In this document: piece after piece, positions 1 through 12,100 of the stretch | How the letters are laid out: every line of letters starts with the position of its first letter | How positions within the stretch are numbered: the stretch's first letter is position 1 | Origin: a virus | Lineage: Duplodnaviria > Caudoviricetes | Strand: one strand, 5' to 3' | IMG/VR virus record: IMGVR_UViG_3300032285_001531 | DNA: 64,000 nucleotides | Translations under genes and position numbers: made by a program | The notes under the pieces: generated by a model | Databases searched by the model: none | Seen by the model: the letters and a program-made list of their open reading frames with translations, nothing else | Told to the model about the DNA's origin: nothing

Positions 1-2304
1 GGTGATATGTTAGGACAAAACAACTTAATGAGATTACGAACTAGCGGAGGTCATCAAATTACAATGAGTGATGATGGGCAAACATTGTTTGTCATTCATG
101 CTAATGGTCAGAGTTATGTTGAGTTAGGTAAAGAAGGCACAGTTGACATATATGCAACAAACAGTTTTAATGTAAGAACAAAAGGTGATATTAATTTTCA
201 TGCAGATAATAATATAAATTTAAATGCTAAAAAGAAATTAAACATCTATGCTGAAGAAATTAATATAAACAGTGACAAAAATACAAATGTTCGTGTGGGA
301 GAAAATTTTTCACAAAATACTTTAGGAGACCATACAGTAAAAGTTGACAAGGGCATGAGTATGCATTCTGTAAGTAAAGCTTCCTATCGTAGTGATGCTG
401 AGACATATATTAACGGAAGCAGAGTTAACTTAAACACTGGATTTTCAGGACTTGTACCAAAGAAAATTAATCCACTACCTATTGTAACACACACTGATAC
501 ATTATTTGATAAAACAAAAGGATGGATTCCTGCTCCAGCTGTACTTACAAGCATCACATCACGATCTCCTGCGCATTATCCTTGGGTGAATGCTAACTTA
601 GGTGTTGATGTTAAAGTTGATGATTCTGCAGACGCAAACTTCCCAACAGGTGCACCTACTAGTGTTAATCGTGCTAATGCTAACACACCTTCAGCACCAC
701 CTAACACTACAACACCTGCAGTTGCAAGTACTGCTCCTGCAAATAAAGAAGTAAGTCATACAATGGACAAGAATACAACATCTACTATGGTATCACAATC
801 TGCAGTAAATGCCGGAACTGATCCTACTAAGTCTACAGTAGTTAATGGAACTGGATCAGGAGTAGTAACTGATTTAGATGGAACTAAAAAAGCTATCTTA
901 GGGAAATTAGCGCACACCCCTGAACAGTTAGAACAAGGTGGATTTATCAAACCCGGGTCTGCTACATTAGTAAATTCATTAGTAGCAGGTAACAAAACAA
1001 TAGATCAGGCAATGCCTACTAATATTTGGACAGGTAAAGATGGAGTTACAACAGTTAATTCGTATGTTAATAATAAAGATGCACAAGTAACTAATCAGGT
1101 TGAGATGTTAAAAATAGGTATTGCAGGACTAAAAGATAAAGGCGTGATAACCGGCAATGAAAGTTCAACGCAGATAGCAGGTGTAGTGAATGCTGCTGCA
1201 ACATTAGGTGTGGTTAACACTATAAATTATATTAATGGAAGTACGAACGGAACAACAAATCAATTACTTACGTCACCTAATGCAACTAAACTTACTGGTG
1301 CAGTAAGTGCTGAAATTGCTTCAGGTAATTTTGCAGCTAACATGGCAGATAAAGTTACTAGTCCTGCAGGATCAATGTTAGGATCAATTAAGTCTACTGC
1401 AACAGGTATTGTTGATTCTGTTAAAGGAGCAGCAGCATCAGTATTTGGATCTATTAAAGAAGGATACACGAAACTAAAGGGCGGTGTACCTCAGAATTTA
1501 ACTAAGTTGAATGCAGAGAATCAGGTTAAAAATGATCCAGCAAATGATCCATATGATCCTGCTAAAGACCCAACATTAACTGACGGACAAAAAGCTGCAG
1601 CAGCAACTCCTGCTAAAAAAGTCACATTAGCTGATGTTGCTGCAGGAGTAAGTGCTGTAAGTTCTATAGTACCTAACACAAATGTAGGAATGTTAGCGGG
1701 TGGTGTTACTGCCATTAGTAACCTAGTTACTAATTCTAAAGATAAAACAATTAACGTCAGTGGTTCTAATGTAGGAAACTCAATAAGCAATACAGTGAGT
1801 AGCATATCAAGTAAAGTTCCTGGTGTGCCTTCAGCACCTCTTTCAATTACCAAAGCTGGGTTATCAGCCGCAGCACTTTCTGGACTTAGTTTATCAGAAT
1901 CAGCAAGTTTAAATAGTGCATTGCAGTCAATATCTTCAGGTGGACCGCAAAGCTTACAGATGCCTACGATTGCTCAAAATACTATTAATAAAGTTGGTTT
2001 AGCAGCACAGACAACTGCATTATTAGGTGATAACAGAATACCTACACCACCTACAGTGAATGGTCAATTTAAAGCACCTCCTGCAGATTTAGTTAAAAGA
2101 TATGATGAAGCTAAAGCAGAGTTACAAAAGCAAGAAGATTTGCTGTGGGATCTTAAGAAAAAGCTTTATGATGATAAGAAAAAATGGGGTGTTGATAGTG
2201 CAGAAGCATTAGCTGCGGAAGAGCAGGTAAAAGTTTGCAGACAACGTATTGAAGAATTAAAGGCAGAAAAAACAAGTCTAACGAATCAAATGTTAGCAGC
2301 ATAA
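1..2304 (+). CDS. Baseplate hub/spike protein (T4 gp5/VgrG-like), 5'-truncated by the window edge
   Basis: Frame is open from base 1 (GGT GAT ATG...). The N-terminal part RLRTSGGHQITMSDD..FVIHANGQSYVELGKEGTVDIY..INFHADNNINLNA resembles the gp5 beta-helix, and the gene lies directly upstream of gp25 and gp6 homologues. Confidence 0.6.
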   Translation, partial: GDMLGQNNLMRLRTSGGHQITMSDDGQTLFVIHANGQSYVELGKEGTVDIYATNSFNVRTKGDINFHADNNINLNAKKKLNIYAEEININSDKNTNVRVGENFSQNTLGDHTVKVDKGMSMHSVSKASYRSDAETYINGSRVNLNTGFSGLVPKKINPLPIVTHTDTLFDKTKGWIPAPAVLTSITSRSPAHYPWVNANLGVDVKVDDSADANFPTGAPTSVNRANANTPSAPPNTTTPAVASTAPANKEVSHTMDKNTTSTMVSQSAVNAGTDPTKSTVVNGTGSGVVTDLDGTKKAILGKLAHTPEQLEQGGFIKPGSATLVNSLVAGNKTIDQAMPTNIWTGKDGVTTVNSYVNNKDAQVTNQVEMLKIGIAGLKDKGVITGNESSTQIAGVVNAAATLGVVNTINYINGSTNGTTNQLLTSPNATKLTGAVSAEIASGNFAANMADKVTSPAGSMLGSIKSTATGIVDSVKGAAASVFGSIKEGYTKLKGGVPQNLTKLNAENQVKNDPANDPYDPAKDPTLTDGQKAAAATPAKKVTLADVAAGVSAVSSIVPNTNVGMLAGGVTAISNLVTNSKDKTINVSGSNVGNSISNTVSSISSKVPGVPSAPLSITKAGLSAAALSGLSLSESASLNSALQSISSGGPQSLQMPTIAQNTINKVGLAAQTTALLGDNRIPTPPTVNGQFKAPPADLVKRYDEAKAELQKQEDLLWDLKKKLYDDKKKWGVDSAEALAAEEQVKVCRQRIEELKAEKTSLTNQMLAA

Positions 2305-2317
2305 GTGAGATAAAAAT

Positions 2318-2767
2318 ATGGTAATTTATAGAGGCTTTAGCACATTATTTAATAACAAAGACCGAACAACTAGTGCCCAAGTAGGCACCGGAGGTGGAAC
2401 TGGTACATTAACAAATCCCAGTATTCCTTCTAAAAAGTTCGCAGTCTATGATGATACGTTAGTGATTACTGATTTCATTAACGCATTGAATATCCCGCAA
2501 GGACAGAAACCGGGCAATCCTGCATACGGAACACTAATTTGGACTTTTGTTTTTGATCCAAATCTTCCCGAGGTTCAAGTACAAATTGAAAATGAAATAC
2601 GCAGAGTAGCTAGTTTGGATCCTAGAATAATTATCAATACTGTTACCGTATACCCGTATCAAAATGGTATCTTAATTGAAGTAGAAATGGCGGTTTCCCC
2701 GACAAATCGTGTTACTACTTTGCAGGTTAATTTTGATAGAAGTACCAATACTGCGTCAATACAATAA
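2318..2767 (+). CDS. gp25: Baseplate wedge subunit, gp25-like
   Basis: 149 aa with QGQKPGNPAYGT..W..VFDP and DPRIIINTVTVYPYQNGILIEV, typical of gp25/GPW; synteny gp5-gp25-gp6. Confidence 0.8.
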   Translation: MVIYRGFSTLFNNKDRTTSAQVGTGGGTGTLTNPSIPSKKFAVYDDTLVITDFINALNIPQGQKPGNPAYGTLIWTFVFDPNLPEVQVQIENEIRRVASLDPRIIINTVTVYPYQNGILIEVEMAVSPTNRVTTLQVNFDRSTNTASIQ

Positions 2768-2768
2768 C

Positions 2769-2790
2769 TTCAAAAACACTAGTTTTTGGA
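2769..2790 (+). terminator. Weak hairpin, possible terminator
   Basis: CAAAAAC-ACTA-GTTTTTG between the gp25 stop and the next late promoter; AU-rich stem. Confidence 0.3.
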
Positions 2791-2795
2791 TTTGA

Positions 2796-2801
2796 TAAAT
2801 A
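2796..2801 (+). promoter_or_regulatory. Late promoter (TAAATA)
   Basis: Intergenic gaTAAATA upstream of gp6; resembles the T4 late promoter TATAAATA. Confidence 0.6.
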
Positions 2802-2819
2802 TTATAAAGAGAACAAACT

Positions 2820-5800
2820 ATGGCCACAAGTTCAAGACAATCTACTATTTTTGGTGTGAATGACTGGAAGGCAATATATAAGACCTACAGTCAGGCTAAC
2901 TTTCAAAGCTACGACTACGAAACCTTAAGAAAAAGTTTCGTAGATTATCTACGCACCTACTACCCTGAGACATTTAACGACTATATTGAAAGCAGTGAAT
3001 TTGTTGCACTGTTAGATGTAATCGCATTTATGGGGCAATCCGTTTCTTTCCGTGATGATTTGAATACACGTGAAAACTTTATTGATACCGCAGAACGTAG
3101 AGATAGTGTAATTAAACTAGCAAATTTAGTTAATTACAATCCAAAAAGAAACAGTTCAGGTCAAGGTTATTTAAAAATTAGTAGTATTGCAACTACAGAA
3201 AACGTAAGCGACATTAACGGATTCAATTTAGCAGGTATTCCTATTCTATGGAATGATCCTGCTAATCCCAATTGGCAAGAGCAGTTTAATTCAATTCTAA
3301 ATGCAGCATTAATTAGTTCACAAAAAGTTGGCCGTCCAGGTAACTCAGCATTTATTGGTCCAATTAAAACTGACGAATATTCAATTAAGATTCCAAACAC
3401 AGTAAGTCCAACTATTCCATTTACTGCAACAGTGGGTGGTGTAGCTATGAATTTTGAATGCGTTAATGTTACTAGTATTAATGAATCTTATTTGTATGAG
3501 TTGCCCCCTAAACCAGAGGGCAAGTTCAACATATTATATCGCAATGACAAATTAGGATTCGGAAGTCCAAACAACGGATTCTTCTTATATTTTAAACAAG
3601 GTTCATTGGTTCCTTACGAGTTTACATTGAACCAACAAATATCAAATCAAGTTGTTCCTATTGGGGAAATTCAAGGTGTAAACGAAACTGATACTTGGTT
3701 GTATAAAATTGATCCAGTGTCAAATGAATTAACACAATGGCAACAAGTTGATAATCTTTTTGCTAACACATATCTACGAACAGAGAATTCACGTAAGAGT
3801 GTGTTCAGTGTCAAATCACGTTTCAATGACCAAGTAAGTTATATATTTGGTGATGGTGTGTTTAGTGAGATTCCAGTTGGAACATTTAGAAGTTATGTAC
3901 GTTCAAGCAATGCACTACAATATACTATTGATCCGTTTGAGATTCAAGGAACAACATTATCATTTAGTTATATTAGTAGAGTAAACAGAGTAGAAACATT
4001 AACAATTACAGTTGAGTTAACATCTCCTGTAAATAATGCTCAAAGCCGTGAATCAATTGCAGATATTAAACTCAAAGCACCAGTACAATATTACTCACAG
4101 AATCGTATGGTTAATGGGGAAGATTATAATAACTTCCCATATTCATTATACAATTCTATTATTAAAACTAAAGCATTAAATCGTACATCAATTGGTGTGT
4201 CACGTAACTTTGATTTACTTGATCCAACAGGGAAGTATAGTAGTACTACAAGTTTTTCTGACGATGGTGCTTTATATCTAAAAGACAATGATGAATTCTA
4301 TGACTTTGTATTGAGTGAAAGCACCGGACAAACGTTAAGAATTATATCAAACAATCTGTTAAAAATTCTTAGTGATAGAAATTTATACCAATATTATGTA
4401 TTAACAGCTACAAGATACTATCCAACAGTAGCAAGTGGTGATGGCGTAGTTTCTTGGCATTTAACTAGTTACAACGGTTCGACTGTTACAGGTTATTTTG
4501 AAGCATATGGTTTACCAATATCAGTATCTACATATAATTCATACAATATGAAATATGTAGGTACTAGCTCATTAGTAAGATTCATTGCACCTAGTGGATA
4601 TTATTTTAAAAATAATAGATTAGTTTCAGGTATTCCTCCGTCAGCTGCCAATACTTACATGTGGGTAAATGTATTAAATGTAGTTGAAGATGGATTTAAC
4701 GGTGGTGTTGGTAATTTATACAATGGGTTAGGACCTATTAGTTTAAGTAAGAATGTACCAAATGGTGCAATTGTAGATTGCATAATACCGATGTTGCAAA
4801 ACACATTGCCTACATCAATATTCCAAAACATTACTGATTATCTTAACAACGGACAAAGTTTTTCTTTGTATTATGTAAACAACTTACCTGTAACTATTAA
4901 TCGTTGGTTTGTTGGTGCATTTGATAGAACTGATGCATATGTATATTTTGAAAGTTTAGGAGACTTCAGATATAGAATCACAAATAAAGCAATTTCATAC
5001 TATTTTGGTAGTGTAAAGAACACTCGTTTCTCATTTGACTCTGAGAAAATCATTTTTGATCCGTTATCAGGTACTATCGCATATGATTCTGTTACTGCAT
5101 TAAAAACTAATACCGCACCGAACACAACTAATAGCATTGGAGTAGATACTTTATTAAACATTGTTGGTCAAACCATTGAAGCAGATGGTTACCCAGATGA
5201 TTATGCTATTGAAGTTAGTAGTCAAGATGCTGCTAATAATGAATTAATTGATGACCCTGACTTCTTTGATAAAATTACTGGGTATCAATACGGCGACACA
5301 AATAGTTCATATTTTGTATTTGTAGAAACTACAAATGATATTAATAATTTAACGGCTCATAACATTACAGAACCAAATGCAGTAGTGTATGCATATGGAA
5401 GTTTAAGCGAAATAGAAAATGTAAAGTATGAATATCCAGTTTATCAAATATTTTACGCTTACCTAGAAAATAAATTTTATAAAATTTATCCTGATGCAAC
5501 TACCGATACTATAGTATATGTGAATTCAATTGATAATTATATTGCGTATCCTGGTAAACAACAGATTCAATTTCAATATAAACATTTAAGTAATAATACT
5601 ACTAGAATTGATCCAAGCACAACTAATATTATTGATTTGTATATCGTTACTTTAGGATATTACACAAATTATACTAACTGGTTAAAAGACTTGACTGGAA
5701 CTGTTATAGAACCTACTAGACCTACAGTGGAAGAACTATCACAGTCATATAGTAAGATAAATGATTATAAGATGCTTACTGATAGTGTAGTATTAAATTC

Positions 5801-6176
5801 AGTAACATTTAAACCGTTATTTGGATCAAAAGCTGATCCAAAATTAAGAGCAACGGTAAAAGTAGTTCGTTCAAGTTTAACTACTGCAAGTGATAGTGAA
5901 ATACGTTCTGCAGTTATTACAGCAATGAATGATTATTTTAATATAGATAATTGGACATTCGGCGATACTTTTTATTTCAGTGAATTAAGTGCGTATCTTC
6001 ATTCTCAGTTAGGAGATTTGATTAGCTCTGCAATCTTAGTACCAAATGACCCAACATTAACATTTGGTGATTTGTATGAAATAAGAAGCGCACCTTATGA
6101 AATATTTGTTAATGGTGCACAACCAAACGACATATTAGTTATAGCAGCAATTACACCAAATGTATTACAAACTTAA
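2820..6176 (+). CDS. gp6: Baseplate wedge subunit, gp6-like
   Basis: The N-terminus YDYETLRKSFVDYL..ETFNDYIESSEFVALLDVIAF..NTRENFIDTAERRDSV..LA....YNPKR and the internal RMVNGEDY match the T4 gp6/baseplate-J family. Confidence 0.85.
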   Translation: MATSSRQSTIFGVNDWKAIYKTYSQANFQSYDYETLRKSFVDYLRTYYPETFNDYIESSEFVALLDVIAFMGQSVSFRDDLNTRENFIDTAERRDSVIKLANLVNYNPKRNSSGQGYLKISSIATTENVSDINGFNLAGIPILWNDPANPNWQEQFNSILNAALISSQKVGRPGNSAFIGPIKTDEYSIKIPNTVSPTIPFTATVGGVAMNFECVNVTSINESYLYELPPKPEGKFNILYRNDKLGFGSPNNGFFLYFKQGSLVPYEFTLNQQISNQVVPIGEIQGVNETDTWLYKIDPVSNELTQWQQVDNLFANTYLRTENSRKSVFSVKSRFNDQVSYIFGDGVFSEIPVGTFRSYVRSSNALQYTIDPFEIQGTTLSFSYISRVNRVETLTITVELTSPVNNAQSRESIADIKLKAPVQYYSQNRMVNGEDYNNFPYSLYNSIIKTKALNRTSIGVSRNFDLLDPTGKYSSTTSFSDDGALYLKDNDEFYDFVLSESTGQTLRIISNNLLKILSDRNLYQYYVLTATRYYPTVASGDGVVSWHLTSYNGSTVTGYFEAYGLPISVSTYNSYNMKYVGTSSLVRFIAPSGYYFKNNRLVSGIPPSAANTYMWVNVLNVVEDGFNGGVGNLYNGLGPISLSKNVPNGAIVDCIIPMLQNTLPTSIFQNITDYLNNGQSFSLYYVNNLPVTINRWFVGAFDRTDAYVYFESLGDFRYRITNKAISYYFGSVKNTRFSFDSEKIIFDPLSGTIAYDSVTALKTNTAPNTTNSIGVDTLLNIVGQTIEADGYPDDYAIEVSSQDAANNELIDDPDFFDKITGYQYGDTNSSYFVFVETTNDINNLTAHNITEPNAVVYAYGSLSEIENVKYEYPVYQIFYAYLENKFYKIYPDATTDTIVYVNSIDNYIAYPGKQQIQFQYKHLSNNTTRIDPSTTNIIDLYIVTLGYYTNYTNWLKDLTGTVIEPTRPTVEELSQSYSKINDYKMLTDSVVLNSVTFKPLFGSKADPKLRATVKVVRSSLTTASDSEIRSAVITAMNDYFNIDNWTFGDTFYFSELSAYLHSQLGDLISSAILVPNDPTLTFGDLYEIRSAPYEIFVNGAQPNDILVIAAITPNVLQT

Positions 6177-6187
6177 TGGATTAAAAA

Positions 6188-9100
6188 ATGGTAACAAAAG
6201 TTAGAACATTAGATTTTCTTCCTGACATATTTAAAACAGTTCCGAATCAAGCCTTTTTAAGTGCTACTTTGGATCAACTTGTCCAACAACCTGACACGCA
6301 AAAAATTCAAGGTTATATTGGAAGAAAATTTGAATATGGCATAACTCCTAGTAGTTATTATGTAACTGAGCCAAATAAAACACGTTCAAATTATCAATTA
6401 GAACCTGCAATTATTTTTACACAAAAAGATACTAGTAAAGCTACTGATTTTATTACCTATCCTGAAATCATTGACGCATTACGTGTTGAAGGCTCACCAG
6501 TAAATAACAATTCAAATTTATTTGCAAATGAATTTTATAGTTGGGATAGTTTCACAGACTTAGACAAGCTAACTAACTTTAGCCAATACTATTGGTTGCC
6601 TACTGGTCCTGATTCAGTTGAAGTTAGACCAACAGCTATTCCTGTTTCAAGTGTATATACACTAACATCATATATCCATTATTATCAATTTACTAAAGAT
6701 AATGAATTAATACCAGAAATAAACCCCACAATTACGTTAGCCAGAGGCGGTGAATACTATTTTGGTGTTGATCAAAAGACAGATTTTTATATACAAACTA
6801 TGCCCGGAATAAACGGCATAGACCCTCAACGTAACAACGTAAGCACACGTGAAGTATTTGGTGTTTCTAATAATGGTCAATCTAAGGGTGTTGTAACTTT
6901 TAAAGTCCCTTATGCAAATGCTCAATCGGGTGATGTTTATGAAGGATTAGTTAAAGTAGATTTAGTAACTACCCTTGCATTCAATGATATTGATGGTAGA
7001 CGTTTAAGTGAGATAGGCACCATTGACGGTGTTAATCAACTATTAGATAGAACATTAATGTTCTATGGCGATAAAAATAGCAAGTATGTTAATGTTGATA
7101 GTTTTTATGATTTTACTTCATACGACCAATCTCAACCAGTAGAGGTTGGGTTTGATCAGACTATCCCACTACAGCTTAATGATTTCTTTTACAGAATAGT
7201 ATATGAAAGTTTAGACATACCCAATGATCCTATTATAAGATTGGAAAGCGCAGGTACTATTCCAATTAATACTAATATTCAGGTATTAATCGGTAAAGAT
7301 TATTCAAACAAAAAGTTTGTTAAAAATGTATACGGTGAGATAGCACTTATCCCTCAGATTACTGCACCGTTGGATACATTATATTATCAGGATTCAGTTG
7401 ACCCTTTACGATTTGGTGTAATTAAATTAATAGATTTAGAGACAGATAATTATCTTAATATAGAAAATGAAATTTTAGGCAAAATTGGATATACATCACC
7501 TAACAATGTTAAATTTACAAATGGATTAAAAGTTAACTTTGCGGGTAATGTAATTCCGGCTTCGTTCAAAGGTAAAGATTATTATGTTGATGGTGTAGGA
7601 TCAAAAATAGTTTTACTTCCTGTAAATGAGTTTGTAGTACCTGAACCATTTAGTACAGGAATCTATACTGCATATGATGCAGCACCATATGATCTTACTG
7701 TATATTCAGATATATTAGAAACACCTACGATTCCCGATTATATTACTATAAGCAGAAATAGTCGTAGCAGAAATCCATGGACAAGAAGTAATCGTTGGTT
7801 TCATAAAGATGTAATACAAGAGACCATTAATCATACTAGTAGTTCTGTTTTATTGAGCATTATAAACAATGAAACTAATAGAGCAAAACGCCCTATTATA
7901 GAATTTTATCCCAACATTAAATTATATAATTCAGGTACAGATAGCAAACAACCAATTGATTTCATAGATTTTGTAGAAACTAATGGCTTAGCAAATGTTG
8001 CAGGACGTGAACTTGTTGTTACCACTGGTATTAACGGTGGTACTAATGCTATTCAAGTAAATGATACATCTACTATGACTGCAGGTCAGGCAATAAGTTT
8101 TACCGGAGACATGTTCACATCATTAGGTGTAGTCACAGTTGATGCAAATGTAATATATTATGTTAAAGAAATTCTCTCAGGAACTGATTTTACTATTAGC
8201 GAAACCTTAGGAGGACCGGTATTTGACGTTGCAACATCTATTACTCCAGTAACAATCATTCCTTACTGCGTAGATGGTAAGGCAGTATTTGACGGTGCAA
8301 AAGTAGTATTTGCAGTTGATAGTAATATTGATGCTAGAGATAAAATTTATATAGTTAAATTTGTTACCCTACATGGTGGAACAAGATATTATATAACACT
8401 TACTAAAGCTCCAGACGGAGATGTGCAATACAATGATCAAACTGTAGTTTTATTTGGTAACACAGCTAAAGGTAAAAGTTTTTACTATGATGGATCCAAT
8501 TGGATAGAGGCACAATCAAAAACATTAGTTAATCAACCACCGTTGTTTGATGTGTATGATAAGAACGGTACTAGTTTTGGTGATCAGACTTATTATAATA
8601 GTAGCGATTTTACAGGTATTACTTTATTTCAATATGCAGTTGGTACAGGTAATGATGATCCTGTATTGGGCTTTCCGTTAAAATATAGTTCAGTTAATAA
8701 TGTAGGAGATATATCATTTGAGGTAAGTCTAAATACACAATCATTTCATTATGTACTAAATGGCTTGCCTGTAACAGAAGCAGTTAATGAAGGATATCCT
8801 ATCATATACAGTGATAGATCCACTTATGAAAATCAATTAGGTTGGCAAACTGCGGCTAGTCCAAGCTTTCAATATCAAGCATTTGAATTTACTTATTATC
8901 CAGCAAACAACAACACTTTCTTTGTATGTGATGTTCCGGTAAAACCTGTTAATGAAACTGCATGGCCAGTAATTCGTGTTACTATGGGTGAAACAGTATT
9001 AGATAGCACGATGTACACCTATACAGTAACAGGCAGTACAACTACAGTAACATTTGCATCAACACCTTTGGTGGAAATCCCTGTACAAATATTAATTTAC

Positions 9101-12100
9101 AGTGATAAAGTAAGTGCAACTGCATACTATGTAATTCCTACTAACCTTGAAAATAATATATTCAATAATGAAGTATCAACTTTAAATTTAGGTGATATCA
9201 GAAATCATTTTCAAACTATATTTTTAAACAGTGAAAAATTAACTGGTAGTGCATTTGGAGCAAACAATTACAGAGATGTTCCTAACTTATTGCGTTATGG
9301 TACAAAGATCATTCAAAACAGTGCGCCATTAACTATTGCAGGTGCATTATTAAGAAACAAAAGTTTTAGTCTACTAGAATCATTGTCATTTAATTCTAAT
9401 GAATATGTAAAATTTAAATCATTATTAATTGATACTATTAATAAAACAGACTATACAGTATACCAATCAGATGCATCTATATTAGATGATGCATTGAGCC
9501 AAATTTCTTCATACAAAACAGATGTCAATGCATTCTTTTGGTCAGACATGTTACCAAGCAGAAGCTCATATATTTCAAACACATATAAGTTTTCTACCTT
9601 TGTAGATACTACTAATTTTCAATTAAGTAGAATTTATGATTTTTCTTCTGCGAATTATTATGGTGTTTTGATTTATTTAAGTAGAACAGTTGATGGTGTG
9701 CCTAGAACAATTCAACTAGTTAAAGATATAGATTATCAAATCAGTAGTACAGAAGCGCAAGTAACTATATTCACCGATTTAATTCCTAATGATTTAATTA
9801 TTATTAATGAATATAATCAGACTTATGGAAGCTTTGTACCAAACACTCCTAGTAAATTAGGATTCTATCCTATATCTGTTCCTGAAGTCGTATACGATGA
9901 AACCTACATTTCTCCTGCTTATTTCATAAAAGGACATGACGGGTCATATACTAAATTATACGGTGATTATATTGATGGATATTTAGTTGATTTTAGAGAT
10001 AGAGCCTTATATGAATTTGAATTAAGAGTTTATAATAATATTAAAGTAAAAGCAAAGATTCCTGTTACTGCAGATGAAGTTATACCTGGACAATTTAGAA
10101 CTACTAATTTCACATATGATGAAATTTTAGGATTATATTCTACCTATTTCTTAAATTGGATTGGTAAAAATAGAATTGATTATAAATCACAGTATTATTC
10201 TATGAATAATCCCTATACTTATAACTATAATCAATCAGCCAACAAATTAGATAATACTCAAATAAATCAGGGCAACTGGCGTGGAATGTATAATTGGTTC
10301 TTTGATACTACAACCCCTAATTTAACACCTTGGGAAATGATTGGTCATGCAAACAAACCAAGTTGGTGGGATGCAAGGTATGGTGCGTCACCATACACTA
10401 GTGACAATATGTTGCTATGGCAAGATATGGAAGCAGGCATTGACTACAATAATGGTAGTCCGTTTGTTAATCCTGCACGTGTAAGACCAGGACTATCAAA
10501 AGTATTACCAGTAGATAGCATGGGTAATCTAGTAGATCCTATGAACAGTGTTGTTGGTAATTATGATAATTTAACCTTCAATCGTGATTGGAGAGTAGGT
10601 GATTGGGGTCCAGCAGAATACAGTTACATTAAGAGTAGCACATATCCATTTGACTTAATTAAATTATTAGCATTATGCAAACCTGCAAAGTTTTTTGCGT
10701 TAGGTGAAGACTTAGACCATTACAAATTTAATACAGAGTTTAATCAATATCTGTATGATAATAGATTTAGATTCTCTACAGTTAATGCTGTAAAATATGG
10801 TAGTGGAGTAGCGCAACATAGTTACTTAGACTGGGTTGTTGATTATATTCAAAGTTCAGGTAATACTGGATATGACGTATTAACCAACATCTTAACTAAT
10901 TTAGATGTTAGACTTGTTTATAGAATGGCAGGCTTTAGTGATAAAGACTTGTTAAAATTTTATGTAGACAAAGGAACACCTAATAGCAAGAATAATTCAT
11001 TGTTGATTCCTGATGAAAGTTACTCAGTAATATTGCACGAGAATCAACCATTCGACACAGTAACATATAGCTCAGTTATCGTACAAAAAACTGACACTGG
11101 TTATAAGGTGTTTGGTAATTCTCAAAATAAAATTTATTTCACTACATATACTCCGTTACTTAATGGCAAGTATGACAAATTAACTGTAGGCGGGGAAACA
11201 GTTACAGTTACAAAAGACTATATTAAAAAAGAATTAATAATTCCGTATAACACAGAATTTCCTACAATACAAGCACTATCAGAATTTTTATCTAACTATG
11301 GAAAATACTTAACAGATCATGGATTTGTCTTTGATGTTATTGATAGAGGCATTTTAGTAGACTGGAATTCAATGATTAAGGAAGTATTGTACTGGACCCA
11401 ATCAGGTTGGGAAGTTGGCGCAATTATAAATCTTAATCCTGCAGCTAAACGTATTGTTATCAATAAAGAAAGCAGTATTGTTCAACCACTAACACTACAA
11501 GATCAAAATTATATTTTGAATCAGGATTTGATCCCTATTCAAATAAAAGATATGAACGTAAACAGAAACGGTACAGAGTTTTCTGCTGACATATTAAACG
11601 AAAATGACACAGCATCCTACTTCATTGCTAATTTAAGTAATATTGAACATGCAATCGTTTTTGATAACACAACATTATTCAATGATTTGATTTATGATCC
11701 TAACACCGGACTACGTCAATATAGAATATTAGTTAAGGGTGTAAAAACTGCTGAGTGGACAGGTACAATGGACACTAAAGGATTCATTCTTAATCAAGAC
11801 AATATACAAGAATGGCAAGCCAATAGTAGATATTCTAAGGGCGTTATCATTAAGTACAAAAATGTATATTGGGCTGCTGATGATATAATTCAACCAGCAT
11901 CTACATTCCAACAAGCATTGTGGAAACGTGTAGATTATGAAAAAATTCAAAAAGGGTTATTGCCTAATGCAAGCAGTAGAGCATATGAAAGTACATTATA
12001 CTATGATTCAAACTCTGCAAACTTAGAAAGTGATGCAGATTTATTGGGCTTCTCTATAATTGGATACAGACCAAGAAACTATCTAGCTGCTGCTAACTTA

